From positions 14,963 to 78,962 of the forward strand of contig SIRW01000042.1 in assembly GCA_004366205.1 (NCBI GenBank): 64,000 nt of DNA, given 5' to 3'. Below the pieces are notes generated by a model. The model saw only the letters and a program-made list of their open reading frames with translations. It searched no databases and had not been told where the DNA came from. Shown piece after piece: positions 63,128-64,000 of this stretch. Position 1 is the stretch's first letter; the number at the start of each line of letters is the position of its first letter. The DNA comes from Actinomycetota bacterium (GTDB taxonomy: Bacteria > Actinomycetota > Acidimicrobiia > Acidimicrobiales > CADCSY01). Made by a program: the position numbers and the translations under genes.

Positions 63128-64000
63128 ATGTCGCATCCGCTCGCCCGTTGGCCGGTGGTCCGCCAGTTGCTGGGGAGCGACCGGGCCGGTGCCCGCGAGG
63201 CCGTGCGCACCGCCCGGACCGACGCCGTCGAGCCCCGCACGGCGCGCGCCGACCGCGTCGTGGCCTCGGTGTGCCCGTTCTGCGCGGTCGGCTGCGGGCA
63301 GCGGGTCTACGTGCAGGACGGGCGCGTGACCCACGTCGAGGGCGATCCCGACAGCCCGATCTCGCGGGGCCGGTTGTGCCCCCGGGGCTCGTCGACCCGC
63401 GACATGGTGGCGGGCCCCGCCCGGGCCACGAAGGTGCGCTACCGGCGGCCCTACGGCACCGAGTGGGAGGACCTCGACCTCGACACGGCGATGGGCATGA
63501 TCGCCGACCGGCTGCTCGACGCGCGGGCGCGCCACTGGCAGGCGACCGATGCCGAGGGTCGCCGCCTCGACCGCACCCTGGCGTTCGGCACGCTCGGCGG
63601 CGCCGCCCTCGACAACGAGGAGAACTACCTCATCAAGAAGCTGTTCACGGCGCTGGGCGCCATCCAGATCGAGAACCAGGCGCGCATATGACACTCCGCC
63701 ACGGTCCCCGGTCTGGGGACCAGCTTCGGTCGGGGCGGCGCCACGACCTTCCAGCAGGACCTGGCCAACAGCGACTGCATCGTGATCATGGGCTCGAACA
63801 TGGCGGAGTGCCACCCGGTCGGCTTCCAGTGGGTGGTCGAGGCCAGGGAGCGGGGCGCCCGCGTGTTCCACGTCGACCCCCGCTACACCCGCACCAGCGC
63901 CCTGGCTGACCGCCACGTCCCCGTCCGACCGGGGACCGACATCGCCTTCCTCGGCGGGCTCATCCGCTACGTGCTGGAGCACGAGCGCGACTTCCGCGAG
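63128..64000 (+). CDS. formate dehydrogenase alpha (molybdopterin) subunit, FdnG/FdoG type, with selenocysteine encoded by TGA 63689-63691. The 3' end lies outside the window.
   Basis: SD GAGGGG upstream of ATG 63128. 4Fe-4S motif CPFCAVGCGQ...CPRG. The track ORF stops at TGA after ...GAIQIENQARI. The same frame continues open for 103 codons to the window end: HSATVPGLGTSFGRGGATTFQQDLANSDCIVIMGSNMAECHPVGFQWVVEARERGARVFHVDPRYTRTSALADRHVPVRPGTDIAFLGG. This parallels E. coli FdnG/FdhF around the Sec residue (..ARx-U-H..). Confidence 0.85.
63703..63721 (+). promoter_or_regulatory. bacterial SECIS-like hairpin
   Basis: GGTCCCC-GGTCT-GGGGACC starts 11 nt after the TGA. The GGUC of the loop begins at nt 22 counted from the U of UGA. 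As I recall, the E. coli fdhF SECIS has the same offset and the same loop letters (..GCAGGUCUGC..). Confidence 0.65.

Noticed and set aside
63059-63691. Stand-alone 210-aa ORF ending at TGA 63691, as given in the track
   Set aside because: The TGA is followed by 103 further in-frame sense codons encoding the conserved FDH core and by a SECIS-like hairpin. I therefore treat it as Sec read-through. The track start 63059 also overlaps the divergent upstream gene, and ATG 63128 with an SD is preferred.

Overview
Very GC-rich window, clearly well above 60% by eye, and almost entirely coding. Gene content and order look like an actinobacterial chromosomal core (iscS-mnmA ... ligA ... gatCAB ... ilvD / ilvBNC ... 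serC). I can support about 60 CDSs. I found no rRNA, tRNA, CRISPR array, transposase, integrase or phage genes. Most of the very long ORFs in the six-frame track are antisense or off-frame shadows, as expected at this GC content.

Gene order:
- glgP (partial), divergent from a translationally coupled glgE-treS-pep2-glgB alpha-glucan operon, followed by a Nudix hydrolase and a GH57 enzyme.
- M50/CBS protease, SRPBCC protein and a methyltransferase.
- A tightly coupled operon of unknown function: PaaK-like protein, membrane protein, DUF4129, DUF4350, MoxR and DUF58, flanked by SpoIIM-like and RDD membrane proteins.
- iscS-mnmA, ligA and a PASTA Ser/Thr kinase.
- A TetR-associated module: SDR, MFS transporter, SCP2, TetR and an alpha/beta hydrolase.
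- gatCAB, a lipoprotein, a MATE transporter, a crotonase and ilvD.
- ilvBNC, metY, an acyl-CoA synthetase, serC and an aminotransferase.
- An XRE-nucleotidyltransferase pair, then a five-gene operon of two micro-membrane proteins and three Ser-hydrolase-like proteins.
- A formate dehydrogenase alpha subunit, truncated by the window end.

Observations most worth a second look:
1. An in-frame TGA plus an fdhF-like SECIS hairpin in the formate dehydrogenase gene, indicating selenocysteine decoding.
2. The XRE-minimal nucleotidyltransferase pair, which looks like a toxin-antitoxin module and has an AT-rich palindromic operator.
3. The uncharacterised hydrolase operon at 57.6-61.9 kb.
4. The MoxR/DUF58/DUF4350/DUF4129 operon, headed by a degenerate PaaK-like protein.
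5. A 16-bp palindrome, TTGACCGnnCGGTCAA, present three times around the TetR gene.
6. A leaderless ILLVV leader peptide plus terminator upstream of ilvB.
7. A family of tandem palindromic intergenic repeats, at two loci.
8. A recurrent TANNNT hexamer 6-9 nt upstream of many start codons, suggesting leaderless mRNAs.
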